Shown here: one piece after another, positions 63,475 through 64,000 of the stretch
Position numbering within the stretch: the first letter of the stretch is position 1
How the letters are laid out: each line of letters opens with the position of its first letter
From: an uncultured delta proteobacterium
Lineage (GTDB): Bacteria > Desulfobacterota > Binatia > UBA9968
Reading direction: 5' to 3'
NCBI GenBank assembly: GCA_963745035.1
Contig: CAVUVW010000013.1
Span: forward strand, 1,312,001 to 1,376,000
DNA: 64,000 bases
The notes under the pieces: model-generated
Told to the model about the DNA's origin: nothing
The model's input: the letters and a program-made list of their open reading frames with translations, nothing else
Databases searched by the model: none
Made by a program: the position numbers and the translations under genes

Positions 63475-63795
63475 ATTTCATACCATGAGCGCTATTCCCG
63501 TAATATTTAGCAGTTCGTGGAAGTTACAATGAATTTGTCAAAAACCCAGGAAAAAGTTGACGCCAATCTCCTACACAGGTGAAGGGTTGACCGGGGGACT
63601 GTCGCGGAATTGCGCAAGGTGGGATTGTGCCGTGCTACTGCGCGAATCGTTGCTCTCTAAGCCGTTGATTTTACCGCGTATACGCTCAATTTTCGCGTTC
63701 GTTCTCGTCCGCTGCAATCGACCCCGGCGCCGATCTGCGTCCACGACCGCATGGCCAGCCGCATTGCCAATGAACGCCCCTTTTCCGCGCCCCTG

Positions 63796-64000
63796 CTAAT
63801 CACCCGCGGCAGCGGTCGGCTCCTCGCTCAACTGCTCGATCAGGTTGCCGCGCGAGAACGGCTTGCGCAAAATCTTGGCGGCAAATTGTTTGGTCTCTTG
63901 CTCCAACGCACCGCGATATTCCTCAACCGCCGCGCTCATGTAAACGGTCCGCACCCGCGGATTGATGCTGCGAATGCACTGCATCATGCCGATGCCGTCG
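63796..64000 (-). CDS. Response regulator receiver protein (partial, runs off window)
   Basis: DGIGMM...VYMSA...LRKPF receiver C-terminus. Confidence 0.75.
   Translation of the reverse strand, partial: DGIGMMQCIRSINPRVRTVYMSAAVEEYRGALEQETKQFAAKILRKPFSRGNLIEQLSEEPTAAAGD

Overview
GC-rich bacterial chromosomal window with about 65 protein-coding genes. I found no rRNA, tRNA, CRISPR array or intact transposase/integrase. The gene content suggests an uncultured Candidatus Binatia-like lineage (inference from many orphan SsuA/NMT1- and TctC-type solute-binding proteins). More than 20 otherwise intact genes carry single-base frameshifts, most likely long-read assembly errors. Main blocks: (1) 0.1-7.3 kb, a DGPF(YciI)/VOC/beta-propeller-MoaD cluster behind two ECF42-type promoters; (2) 7.4-21.7 kb and 26-41.4 kb, uptake and aromatic/organic-acid catabolism (SBPs, TRAP, Rieske oxygenases, LigB-LigA dioxygenase, MaiA, TPP enzyme); (3) 21.9-26.2 kb and 41.4-46.8 kb, general-stress genes with sigma54-type promoters, the second set (csbD, katE, ferritin-like, BON) bracketed by a diverged direct repeat of the TPP gene 3' end; (4) 47.3-53.8 kb, a stressosome operon (rsbRST, RsbT-PP2C fusion, RsbT-domain hybrid kinase, second hybrid kinase); (5) 54-64 kb, a candidate leader peptide plus terC, a YfhL ferredoxin-zinc ribbon fusion, OmpA and a degenerate GAF histidine kinase. 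Intergenic regions hold several classes of short palindromic or MITE-like elements.
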